A DNA stretch of 63,834 nt. Origin: Klebsormidium nitens (taxonomy: Eukaryota > Plantae > Klebsormidiophyceae). The notes under the pieces are model-generated. The model saw nothing but the letters and a program-made list of their open reading frames with translations. It ran no database searches and was not told the DNA's origin. Of the stretch, positions 38,501 through 50,797 are shown in pieces. A program made the translations under genes and the position numbers. Numbering within the stretch: position 1 is the first letter of the stretch; each line of letters starts with the position of its first letter. The stretch covers positions 9,297 to 73,130 of the forward strand of contig DF237421.1 of NCBI GenBank assembly GCA_000708835.1, written 5' to 3'.

Positions 38501-41500
38501 GCAAAGAGACGGCCATTGAAGGGTTCCACTCCTCAAGTAGCGGTAGCAGCCGTGAATAGCTGCTGGTTGCATCCGTAAGTCGTGGTTATAGTCCTCACTT
38601 GCGGTACTCAGCATCTTCATCGGCTCCTTCCTTCTTACCCTGCGACGCGACCCGCCAGCTTCAACCATCTCAAGTAGGCCACAAACGTAGCTATGCTGAA
38701 CTCCCAGGGACTCAGATTGCATAATGTCCAAAACCGTGAACTTGAATGCTGAGTTTCTCACCTTCCTGTTGCACGCCAGCACGATGCCCTCCTCCGTACC
38801 CCCCACAATCTCAGCCTTCGTCTCAGGAACTCAGAGAGGCAAACTGTCCGAAGCCTCTGGAGTGGAAGACATGAAAGTTTTCGAACGCCTCACCTTTCTG
38901 TTGCACGCCAGCACGATGCCCTCCTCCGTGCCCACCATGAACTTGCCGGCGCCGCCCGCGGCCTCGTACTCCATGCTCACACCACCCAATATCACGTTCG
39001 AGCCTTTCTCCTGCAGACAACAATATGATGACCTCAGCCTAAGCCTGCCAGCTAAAGACTGAAAATCCAACATTCCAGATGCGGAATAGGGAAGAGGAAT
39101 TCCATACCGAAAACATGATCGCTCAGATCCTGTAGAACAGAACAACAAGGCTCGGCTTTTCACCTGGAGCACTAGGGACTCGACGGGCTCGCCTAGCCGC
39201 CGCGTGTCCCACCACATGACGCTGCCGTCAGTACTGACGCTCGCGCACTCCGTTCCGGTCTTGCTCGTCAGCCACACCACGTCGTACACCGGATCGCTGC
39301 GCGAGCGGAATGAACAGGGATTGCATTGCGTCAGAAGAACTGCGAGTCTCCTTTGGTGATTGCAGACTCCTAGTGGGTCAGCAATCGTTCGCAATGCCCT
39401 TCTAATTACGAGAAACGTTCTCCATAATGGCACCGCACGACAGGGAGTCCTAGGTACTGATATTTCTTTTCAGGTAACAAAGTGCTGCGATTCTCGACCA
39501 AAGATGTTCGTAAGATTGTCTCCAATATCGGAACCACTACGCATCCCTTTGCATTTAGGAGCGCGGCCGCTCAGGATTGGAGTGGGCTCTGCGTCAAACT
39601 TGCACAGCAGGGTGTCACTCACGAAGCGTGGCAGCTTAATCTCCGGTTATTGACGTGTTTTGGGGAATTCAGCACAGGGGTTTATGCGGTTTAAGCAGTC
39701 CCCCGCCGGCATCGCTCTTCGGTCGATGCAAAAGCTTACTTGCCGAGAAACGTTTTCATAGAACAAAATGGTTCGCGTTCTTACCTATGTGACCGTTCGA
39801 TTGGGGACGAGTCCACAGGCGCCGACCCCTTCCGAGTGTCAAAGTACGACACCTGTCCGTTGTACAGCCCAGCAGCCAGCACGTTTGGATCTTTGGGATT
39901 GTAGACTAAGCAGCACGCCTGGCTCGTCGGCGTGAGCTCCGTTTCCGGCGTATTCGGGTTGCTGATGTCCCAGATGTAACTGCTGGTCGGCATGTCTTCC
40001 GGCATTTGCTGGAACTGTAAGATTGGAGAAGAGCACCAAGAGTTCTTTCTTTGTCGAACTGCCTTCCGGTCGCCGTAAGCGCAATTCCTTCTCCTAGAGT
40101 CTTAGCCGGAAAACGGACTGTCCTTTGGTGTCACTGCTGGTCGGCATGTGTTTCGACAATTGCTGGAACTTTAAGAATGGAAGAAAGCAACAAAACTTTG
40201 TCCCTTGTGGACTGGCGTTCCCGGTTGGTACTGCATTCGTAAGTTTGACCACACAGATATAGAGAAATCGAATGTGCTGAGAGTTGATGGCGGAAGAAGT
40301 TTCAGTATTGATACTTGCTGCTGCTCGGTATGTTGTCCGGCATCTGCTGGAAATACGCGATCAAAACGAGGACTACGGGCGCCCAACCCGTTGGATCTCA
40401 AAGTTTCTTGTTCAACTTCTTTCAAGATTGCAGTCGCGTCGTGGTTTAACAGAGGTGTCGTCTATTCAAGCCGTTTACTGTACAAGAGCGCTTATTTGCA
40501 AGTTCGAGAAGCTTCGAGCGGCTAGAATCTCGATCCAGACCGAAGGGAGTTGAGATTTTCGGGGTCAACTGCGCAGTTGCTCGACTTTGTGACTATCCCT
40601 TCTCGTTTGAAAGAACGAGGGCGCGTGGATCCCAGTCCCTACGTAGTGCAGCGAAGGCTTCTGCAGATTAAGCGTACAAGTCTGCAAAAAGAGACAAAGC
40701 CACAATGCAGGATCCCAGCTTACCTGTAGGATGGAATACGCGACGGCCAGCTTGCGCGCCCCGTCGGGGTACCACGAGATATACGACGCCGCGCGCCGGA
40801 TGCGCTGCGTCGGCTCCCGGAAGACGGTCAGCGTCTTGGCGTACGGCTGCTCGCTGCTGTGGTCGGCGACGCTGCCGGAGAAGTACTCCTCGTATATGTC
40901 GATCGCGTTGTTCTGTTTCAATAGCGTATCGACCTGAGAAAGTGGAATATGTTGCAAAGTCAGCCAGAGATGGGGGTCCTCCGACCTCGAAAAGGTGTTT
41001 TTAATGAGGGAAAAGACGTGCAGATGATAGGATAACAGCGCTGCCGGAAGAGTACCCCTCGTTTATGTCGATCGCGTTGTTCTGCTTGAATAGCTTATCG
41101 ACCTGAAAGAGAGGATACCAAGAGAACGGTGAGAAAGTGATTGTGTAAATGCGTCGCAATGAGACAGAAATCAGGCTGTCACGTCTGCACAGAGGAGCCA
41201 GAAAAGAAGGCCCCCTTAGAGACTATCTGTATCCTTCTGCAGCAACAGATTCTGCCACGAAATGAGGACCAAATATTATTCAAGGGGAGAAGTACCACTT
41301 TGTGGTGCTAGTGATCGTAAGGCCACGACAAGGAGCTGTTGTCCGATTGCAATAGGCTTTCCATCTCCGAACAGAGGTTTCGTTCCCCGTTCCGGGTCTT
41401 CGATCCCCCGTTTTCTTTAGAGATGTATACCTCTAGAGCAACCGAGTGGACATTGCTTTCACATTGTTCAAAATAATCTTGACCGCTTCCACTGCAACAC

Positions 41501-43512
41501 CCTCGTCTAACCTCTATACTTTCATCGACTCAGCGACCACCTCCTTTGCTATGTTCTCCCGTTTTAGCTTTGTGCGTGCTTCAGCCTTGACTAGGAAACG
41601 GAACCAGGAGAATGGAAACCGTCAATCGCGCTCCGTGTTTCACGTAGTCCTCGTCGACCTCCTATTAATTACGGAAATGGTGTTGTGTGTTCCCGAGTTT
41701 TAGGTCAACAGAAAAGAGGCAAACGGTCCCTCACCTTATCTCCCAGAACCTTGATTGCCCGTATGTAATCTTCATCCTTCTCCACTTTCTTCCTATAGCG
41801 TATCGTGTGCTCCAGCTCCTGTGGATCCACGTCCTTGGGCCAACCCCCCTCCGTGTGCAGCATGCCCTGACTCCCAAACGAGAAGCGCTCCGTGTTAACC
41901 TGTACAAGTAGGTGAATATTTGAAACCCCCAACAATAAGTGGATCGTAAGAAGTTTATGAAGAAGCTGTGTAGAGTGTCAGAGAAAATGCGGCTTATAAT
42001 GAGGTAATAAACCTGCATGATAGGCCCTCTTGAGGTTGATGATTTTCGCACAGGCAGTCTTGATGAAGCGAGAATCTGCTGCTGGTGAGTGAACACGTTC
42101 TGCCTTCTCTTGGGTCAGTTGCGCAGCCTTGAAAAGTCCCCCCACACCCTCTCCTCCCTCGAGGCTTTGCGTGACCCGCTCATAAGGATGACAAATGATG
42201 CCACATTTTTTGCGTGAAGTGAAGTCTGCCCAGGCCAGAGGATTGACGGATACGAAGGCAGACTGCGACCTTGTAGAAGAAAGATTCGAAGGTGAAACCT
42301 CGAGACTGCCCTTATTGTCTCCTCTCAGAGTGTAGCTCCCAGTGCACATCGAGTACGTCTGGTTGGCCTCCTCGCTTCTTTCAGCAAGTGAGGCCTATAG
42401 CCATCTTCCTCTCACTCCTTCACGAAGCACCCTGGCATGCCGTGAATGGTGCAATAGATTGTATGGCAGTATCTTGCTCAGAGTGTGCTTTATCTTGAAT
42501 TTCTTAAAACTGTTCTTGCTCCTATACTCGGTGCCTCCTCCACATGCCCGCAGTTGGAACTCAAGCAAGAGGCACTTTCTCTTCGGCACTTAGTTCGCGG
42601 CCGTGTCGATCTGACTGGCCTAAACACACTCTGAACCTCTGTATATCAGCAACTTGTTTTCCTTCAAAGAGAAAGCCTCAGACGCGGAGCGAAGGACAGC
42701 CAGCATTCCACCACTCCTCTGTCTAGCTGCCACTATCAGCAGTTTTGGCTTCAAGTAGGCCTGTGACACTCTCTATTGTTGCAGCTCCTGGCCTTGGGCA
42801 GAGTGTGCAAATCAAGCAACCTCAAAAATGCGGATCTTCCATAACCATCACTGAGAACACCACCACCAGAAGCTGATACACTCCCCTAGAATAGTCATGA
42901 TAAGCTTGAGTTTCCATTAGAACGGAGCTAATACTGAAATCTAGACTCAAAACCATTCACGTGCCCCGCACCTATGCCCACCCTAAACCCTCTGCTAACC
43001 CCACCCGTCCCGGTATTACATTCTGAGCTTATTCTCCATTTTTTTAAATGACGCAAATAATCTTTGAGCCATGACCACCACCAGCAAAAAGTGCAGAGCT
43101 GGAGATCAGTACGCTACACGTCGCGGTTCGCATCTTTATGATCATTTTTTCTGAAGCCATCCAATCTGAGATAATGACCAGCACTCCAAGCACGGTAAAT
43201 GCTGGATGCACCCTGCACGGTGCCCTTAATATACTGCTATCTTCCTATTCTCTAAAATCCTAGATTGGAAAGCAGGACTCAAAGAGTAGAAACACAATCT
43301 GGTAAGCTTCTGGTGGCTGCACCCCTTACCTCGTGCTCGGACATTTCTGGGACAACTTGCACATTGGTGACACATGGATTCCGTTCCATGTGGTTCTCAG
43401 CTAGAGCTGGTTCCGGACGCAGGTCCACCAGGACCTCTGCCGGACTGTCCGAGAACTTTGCATGCCGTCCAAACTCCTTGCGCTGCTTCTGGTACATATA
43501 GTAGATCTCCAT
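35532..43512 (-). CDS. DNAI2: Axonemal outer-arm dynein intermediate chain 2 (IC69/ODA6, WD40), ~555 aa, 11 exons
   Basis: Exons (-): 43512-43330, 41899-41735, 40933-40724, 40014-39785, 39296-39164, 39010-38894, 38068-37905, 37429-37294, 36919-36767, 36340-36206, 35573-35532; total 1668 nt. Near-colinear with Chlamydomonas IC69 ([75 protein letters not shown]). Confidence 0.97.
38130..41110 (-). repeat. Splice-junction echoes in DNAI2 introns: exon 7 acceptor 38130-38185, exon 6 donor 38757-38805, exon 4 acceptor 40133-40170 and 40322-40355, exon 3 acceptor 41064-41108
   Basis: For example, 36 nt are identical at 38021-38056 and 38132-38167, and ctgttgcacgccagcacgatgccctcctccgt is identical at ~38768 and ~38898. 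Confidence 0.9.
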
Positions 43513-46500
43513 AATCAAGGGGTTGATGGTCCCGTCTGAAAATTCTCTTTGGTAAATCTGACTGAGGCTGAAAGTGCGTATGTGATTTACTCTGATGAAC
43601 TTCACAAAGAATAGGGCAAGTAGCTGATTCAGGCCCCTTGGGTTCAACTGCCTGAGTTCTGAGAATGTTTGCGCGACCAGCTGCGCATGGTGTGTCGTTG
43701 TTTGAACAGCTGCATCCGAATCAGCTCGTCAAATTAAGCTGCTTATCACCCAAGCATTGCTACCCTGAGCTGCCCAGCTCTGAAAAGCTGAGATGCGGTC
43801 TACATTAAGTGCGCACCTAGTTTGTTGCCCTCGAGGCTGGATTCTTGCATCTCAATTCAGGCTCGGGACTCTAGTGGCCTGCTTTTGTTTTGCAGTTTTT
43901 ATACAAGGGAACCGAAATACGGCAAGAAGAACCAGCTCTTCCCTCCATAATATGAATCTTCTGGGTTGTGTCCCCTTCGTATCTTCCAGCTCAAAGCTAC
44001 AGCCTACAGCTTACTGGAGACGCGACTCATGGCAGGTGCTTCCAAGCTCAGCTCATCCGTTTCACCCGGCGCCCTTCATGGCGAACCAATCCCATGCATG
44101 AATACAGTTTTTAAGTTCCTTTCTTTGTTTTCATTCTACCTCGGGCAGCAGGCTATTAGGAAGGGGCGTTTTGTGTGAAGCTTCAAGAGGGTGTTACTGT
44201 TACAGAAAGGAAGAGTACCTATTTCTGCATAGGACTGAAGCACGCCAGGGTGGCACGCCTTAACCCGCTTACTAACAGTATAAAGTCCCCATAACGCCGC
44301 AGTAACCAGTGGTTTACCTGCCACGCTGAAATAATTCCCCCTGCCTTAAATACGGGGGTGTACAGTGTTGGTACTTTAACAGTACTACCTAGTATTATCA
44401 AAGCACGATTCGCAGGCTTGCCTCTTGCCAGTGCATAGTACATACTGCACACAACGACACGCGACATACCGTTGAACCTTCTGCTGCGCGCGCGCAGGCA
44501 GGGACAAGAATGGAGGGTCAGATGAGATATCGACGGCTGTGTTTCTATGTCAGAAAGTGACGTCCGATCGGGTGCTTCAGGAATCAGGATTACACCGGCG
44601 CCGTCCGGCGGCTTCTAGCTTGACGTCACACCTCTGTCAGATGTTGCCGATGTGTTCATCAAAAGAAATAATTCGTCCAGAGAACAAGCTTCCTAGTGGC
44701 TAGAAAAGACGCACAAACTAGGATCCGAGGGTCTGTTTCTAATCAGAATTCAGAATAAAAGTAGGCTAAAATCGAAAGTCTAACGTTATCGCGTACATGT
44801 CAACGGGATACGGTCGTCAAAGCAGTACGGCTCTTCTCATTGGTCAAAGTCGCGCGACCAAATACTTATTACCCGATCTTTGAGGGAGTGCAGACTTTCG
44901 TCATCCGCCAAGTGGCGCACTGCCATTGAACCTGGGCGCAACGAGAGATTTGGGCAACCTCTCTCGGGGCTTACGGAAAATGCTTTCCTGGCTTGACGGT
45001 AACCGCTCAAACTTGCGTGGAAGGGGGGCCGCCATGATTGTGTGCATTGTGCAACCCCTCTTCTCCCCAGCCTGTCACTTGCAGCTTCCTATTGGGTCCA
45101 AAATTGACTTCAGAGGGACTTCAGAAGTTAGAAGTTAGAACCCATTTCTGCTAGTGGTTGCGTCACGGTATTACGCGGGATTGTCCAAAGCACAAGCCAG
45201 CCGGTTAGCTACCTCGACGCTCACGGCGCTTACCCCCATATCAAAAGCCCAATCTGTGATTGCTAACAAGAGTTCGCAGGGTACATATATATTCGACGTT
45301 TAGGGGTTTGCTCCTGGCCTTCTCTGCAGTCAGCTGCTTTCACGAACGTTCCAGCTCCAGGCCCTCTCCTACAGTACAAGTCACTCCCTTTGAAGCCTGC
45401 TGGTGCCTCGCAATACCCATTTATACTGAGCTGCGAAGAATTTTGAGGTCTCAGCTGGGTGGCGATCAACAGAAAGCAAAACGTGCACTGCAATCAAAAG
45501 AGGCTTTTGGACACACGCCTGCTTTACTTACAAGCGCTGACATGCGATCGTAGAGACTGATCCAGGCGATCATGCCGCTCTTCCCTCACATGCCCGCTGC
45601 AGAAGCTTAACATTGATAACACAAGACCTGTGAGACAATGACGGGCCTTGTTGAACCCCGAGGCAATGATTGACGAGCGGGCGGGCGGCGGCACCTCTAA
45701 ACGCCTGGCGGCTGACTGCTGACGTCATCGCACACGCAATGCCACAGTAAGGAGCAATGCGCAAAAAACCCCCGAGATGCGGCATTCGAATTCACTACAA
45801 AACAGACTCAGCCAAAGTGGTATGAGGCGTAGATCAGTGAAGGAAGAAGCAAGCAGGCTCTGAGGGACTGGAGGCCTTTCCTGAGGGCGTGAAGGTGAGA
45901 AAAAGAGTGGGTTGACGGCAGGAAGTCTGAATGCAACCTTCACATGTGGAGTGTTTCTTTGATCCAACGCACAAGACGTCGGACGCTAGGTCTGAAATGC
46001 ATTGTCTGCAATTACAAGTAAGTTTTGCAGGCCTAAAGAGAAAGAAAAGATCTGAGGCAGGCTTCCTTGGGTTGACTCCGATTTTCTCTTATAAATATTT
46101 GTTGTGGTTGGAAAGTTTTGTCAGAGTGCACTGTTTCGATTCTGTCATCTTATGTGGACACTTCTCTAGATGGAGGGTGTAATGCCGAGGGTGGTGCAGT
46201 GAGAGGAGCTAAGTGGAAGAGAAGCGGACTTATTCTGAGCTAGTTTGACACCTCATTGAGAAGTGAGATAATGCTGTGCATCTTATGGATCGTCTTGTTT
46301 GCAGAGGCACTTCTGTTAAACAGGCGTACGTTTTCCAGTGCTTCTCCGCTTCTTTCCGTGCTGTTGCCTTCTAGATAAGGGACTTTGAACCCGCACGCTC
46401 CTTCAGTGATAATTAGCCCTACCTGTGCGCCTTCAGTGTTTGCTGATGTAAGCTGTTTGTTTTGTCCTCTTCTTCTTTGGTTTCTCCTTGTTTCTATGGT

Positions 46501-47160
46501 TTCAAAAGTCCCTTGGGTCCACTTTTTAGCCAGTGCTTGAGAAGCATACCCACCTGAAAAAGGCATGGGGGGATGAGGAGAATTGTGCAAGCTGTCTAAG
46601 AGCTAAGACATCTAAGAATGATGTCAAAGAGAGGTTGTGGCTTGAAGGTAACAATGCTGAGGGACGCTGAAAAGGGTAAACGCACTCCAGGTTTTGCACA
46701 GTGGCAGAATAGGAAGCTCTTCCAAGCAGACTACGAGTACTGTTCCAAAGTTTACCCACGGAACCTTTTTGAAGAGTCACTGCGCTTTTGAAGCTGCATC
46801 TCCGCTGGTGATCATTTTCTGAAAGGTGTCGTCACTTTGAGGAGCTCGCTGAGGTGTCCTTTTGTGTACTGAGCCAAACGCCTTGACTTTCGTGTGACGA
46901 CATTTGTCCAATTGCAGTGCTCTTTCTCAGCCACAGTTTCCTGCTCTAAACGCCGGCGCAGTCAGGTGATCTATGGAAGCTTCTGATTGAAGTTCTTTTG
47001 CTCTTCGCCTGTCCTACTGCTCCCTACTACCCCGATCAAGCCCGGAGTAAGGCAAGTCTTTCCCTCTCACACAGGCCCGCAATTGCCCCAAGCTAACGAA
47101 CCCCGTTTTGGCTCCTGCAGACTGCTGATTTCTCCAACTTCATAAAAGAGCAGTGCCCGA

Positions 47161-50100
47161 ATGGGAAACATGAATGGAGAGCCTACTAGAGACGAGTTAC
47201 GAGAGCGGGCAAACCGAGCGTTGGCGGACTTGGCAGCCTATCAGGGGGGGGGCAGCTACGTCTGGGTAGTGGTTCGCGAAGGGGAGAAAATAGGGGGGTG
47301 CTCCACCAACCTGCGGCCGTACCAGGACGCGTTTGAGAACGAGGTTATGCAGGCTGTGTGAGTGCAATTCCGGGGGACTTATCGTTGACTCTCTCCTTTT
47401 TCCCCCAACATGACCGGCTTTCGCTCCACGCTTTGCCACTCCTCATTTTCTTTTCACTTACTCTGCTGAAGTCCCGTTGACTCCCTCCTTTTCCCCCCCA
47501 CATGAATCGGCTTCTTCGCTCCACGCTTTGCCACTACTCTGTTCTCTCCTCTTCTTTCTCGTTGCTCTTGCTACTCGAATTTGATGTTCTTTTCACTTAC
47601 TTTGCTGAAGTCCCGTTGACTCCTTCGTTTCCCCCCCACACGAATTGGCATTTGATCCATGCTTTGCGACTCCTATGTTTTATCTTCTCCTTCTCGTTGC
47701 TCTTGCTACTTGGGCTGACGTCCTTCTTCTTGACTAAGTTGCCCAAGCTACTTAAAAGGCCCCCGGATAGGAATGTATGCCAGTCTCTTTGAGTGTCTCG
47801 TGTGCAATGGCAGAAGGAGAGGAGTTTGACGGGTGAAGACTTTTTGTCACGTATGGGTTGCTGGGTTGCTGTCAATCCTAAGTCCGTTCGGCCCGAGGGG
47901 GTGCGATGGTGAGACCTCTGCAGATGTTATATGGTCAAGGGCTGAAGCTGCCTTTGCCGACCCCGACCTTTGACCCACTCTTTCCCCACGTAAAGCTGCG
48001 ACGGAACGCTTGAGCTTGGCTTTCGCACAAACTGCAGTTTTAAAACCCGAGGCAGAGTCCATGGGTCTTTGTCTCGAAATTTCCTTCACCTACCCCTCTT
48101 CGTAAGCCTTGCTCTGCCTGATAAACAATCTGCTCAAACCGCTTCGCAAAGAAACGACTCGATTCCTTGTACGTATGACTTTGCTTTTGCTGGCAGATAT
48201 CTTGCTGTTTGCAGAGCGATTTACATACGTGCGACTGGGGACGCGCTGCCCAATACGGAGGCGAACTTTGGTTAGCATATCACACGACTCCTTATACGTG
48301 TGACCTTGCTTTCTGCAGACCGATGGAGATCTGTGCGATCGGCAACGCGCTGCCCAAAAAGGAAGTTGACCTTTGCGTATAGGATATCGTACATTCACTT
48401 ATACGTACAGTTTCTGATATGTACGCCCTTGCTTTCCGCAGACCGATGGAGATCTGTGCGACTGGCGACGCGCTCCCAAAGACGGAGGCGACCTTTGCTC
48501 AGAACACCAGGACAAGGCACACGGACCTGCACCCCATCGTGGCCGTTCTCATGGCGAAGCTGAACGAGATCAACGGCCACAACTCGCCCAGGACAATGGC
48601 CATCAAACACCCCGACACGGTGAGCCCAAATGATGGGGCCCGCTGATTCGCATTCTCTGTTGCCGAAGCGGTTGATTTGTTTTGATCATTGTTTTTCCGA
48701 GTGAGAAGGTGAGGCTTAAAGCAGTGAAGAGTTTGAACGTGATAAGGGGGTTTCTGCGAAATCGGACAGCCTCCGGATCGCCGCGCATCTGCCCACTTGG
48801 ACGTAAAGTTAGCGCTGCAGCAGTCGATTGGCCAGTCTCATATCGGATCTCCGACTTGTCGAGCCAGGTCCTCTTTCATCGGGAATGGTGTTCTTAACGT
48901 TATAGCTCCTTCCAAATCGATTGAACCAGAACCGTTTGTTTCCGGGAGCACATACATTAGGAGAACCTTCCGAAGCTGTTCCAATCAAGCCTCACCGGTC
49001 AAGTGCTTTGTATCTCAGCATGTCTATCCTCTGAACGGATATGTTTGCAGAGAAAGTCTTAATAATGATTCCAGACAGACTCTCACCTCGCAAGTAGTTC
49101 TTCCCCGCAGCTTCGTCTTTGGTTGTCGGTCCTGAGGAGTGCATAACTCTGCGGAAATCCTTCTTTGGAGCTTTCTAGGCAGGCTCTCATATCTGCAGTT
49201 CCTTCTTCCCCGCACCTTCCCTTCCGCATCACCTAAACGTTTCTTCAAGTCGTTCCGGGGCAGACTCTCTGTTTTTTACCCACTGTAAATCGAAATACAA
49301 ATTTGTATTGATCCTAACACCGGCTCCGCCTGGAAAGTTCCCGCTTTAAGCCCATGAACATGCGGTCTCAGAATTCACCCCGGATTAAAGATCGATCGGA
49401 CTGAAAAGCCCGCTTTTCTGGATCGAGACTTGTTTCTTCCTTCATGCACTGAAGACGGGTCTGGAAGTGGGTTCTTATGAACTGTCCCCACAGCTCCCCT
49501 CCTGGTTCCCGCATCACCTGTGGTGAGGACTTTCGCTTCCAAGGCGTTTCGAGGCCGACTCTCACTTCGAAACTCCTTTTCCCTGCAGCTCCCCCCCTGG
49601 TTTCCGCAACATCTGGAATTTTGAAGGCGTTTCCAGGCAGAATCTAAGTTTGTTATTGCATTTTGTCCGCAGCTCCTCCCCTGGTTCCCGCATCACTTAG
49701 AATTTTGAAGGCATCTTCAGGCAGAATCTAACTTTGTTATTGCTTTTTTTCCGCAGCTCCCCCTCTGGTTCCCGCACCGCCCCAAAGTCTACGCGGAGCG
49801 CACGCAGGCCATGTCCCTCCCGCAGCTCTTCCAGGTCCTCGACGCCATCTTCGGCCACGTCAGGCGCCACGTGGCGGCCATCCATTCGCTGCACTCCGCC
49901 GTGGCCTCCCACTTCCGCGTCTCCTCCGTGCCCACGCGCACGCGCGCGTGCTTCGAGGCTTTCTTCGACTTTCTCAGAAGGGAGGCCGAAGAGATCGGGG
50001 GAAAGCCCCGGGGGGCGAGGAGTACCCCCCGGGGGGGCGTTTCTCCCTCGGTTGGCACCCCCCCGGGAGCACGACTACCCGCCGCGAAAAGCCCTGGGGA

Positions 50101-50797
50101 AGCGAACGGGACAACCCCCCGGGGAGGCCCACGACGGCGCGGGCTCAGGAACAGCCCGACCCCGGAGAGGACTCCGGCGGGGGGGTTGTTTTTGCCGTCT
50201 CCGGGCCCCCACCCGTCGGAGATGGTGGGCGATTTGGACGAAGATGTGCCCATCCTGGACAATCCCAAGTCGACGATCACCCGGGGGCGGCGGGCGAAGA
50301 AGGGCGACCAAATAGCGGGCGGAGCAGGCAAAGCGTCGCCAAAGACGGAGTCAGAAAGTCCCTGGGCCGAAGAGGATGAGCTTGCGAGGGGCGTGAGCCG
50401 CTCGTACAAAAGAAGAAGGGAGAGCTCGAGAATTCCGCCCGGGAGTTTCGGAGGAGCCGGGACTCCCGGAAAGAGAACTAGAGTGAAGACCGAAGTGGAC
50501 GACGCGTTCGCCGGGAGGGCTGAGTCCGACTTGAGCGCGCACTCAAGCACGCCACGTGTCGACGTGCCGTTGGCCATGGCGGAATGCGCTGAAAGCAGGC
50601 CGGAGATCCAGTCCAACGGGGTTGGGGTCGAGCATTCCGGCGGAGCGGGACCGGAATTGGGCGGAAAAGGTTGGGATGACGGAGACAGCGAACATAGTTT
50701 TGACCAGTTATTGAATAACGTGGACTGGGAGCAGGTAGAGAATGGATTGAGGGCGGAAACGGAGGACGCCGGAAGCGGCGGAATGGATCGGGGCTGA
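47161..50797 (+). CDS. Paralogue A: putative DNA-binding protein with one NRF1/EIN3-like module and a disordered tail, ~471 aa, 3 exons
   Basis: Exons (+): 47161-47357, 48442-48619, 49757-50797 (intron phases 2 and 0; 1416 nt). Clear homology to the minus-strand paralogue (LHPIVAV; P.W[FW]PH.PK.YAERTQ; ASHF). Function is inferred only. Confidence 0.75.
47385..47720. repeat. Intronic CT-rich tandem repeat, ~3 copies of 90-130 bp
   Basis: ttgactc..ccttttcccc..acatga...ggct..tcgctccacgctttgccact and ttttcacttact.tgctgaagtcccgttgactcc are repeated. Confidence 0.85.
48175..49760 (+). repeat. Acceptor echo ladders before paralogue A exon 2 (AG at 48214, 48318, real 48441) and exon 3 (AG at 49493, 49588, 49672, real 49756)
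   Basis: cagaccgatggagatctgtgcga is identical at 48316 and 48439. cagctcc.c.c.tggtt.ccgca occurs four times with spacings of 95, 84 and 84 nt. Confidence 0.9.

Noticed and set aside
42981-42990. Telomere-like ccctaaaccc
   Set aside because: A single imperfect unit in an intron, expected by chance.
44136-46780. Scattered 60-116 aa ORFs between DNAI2 and paralogue A
   Set aside because: No recognisable motifs or consistent splice chain. Treated as intergenic or UTR sequence.
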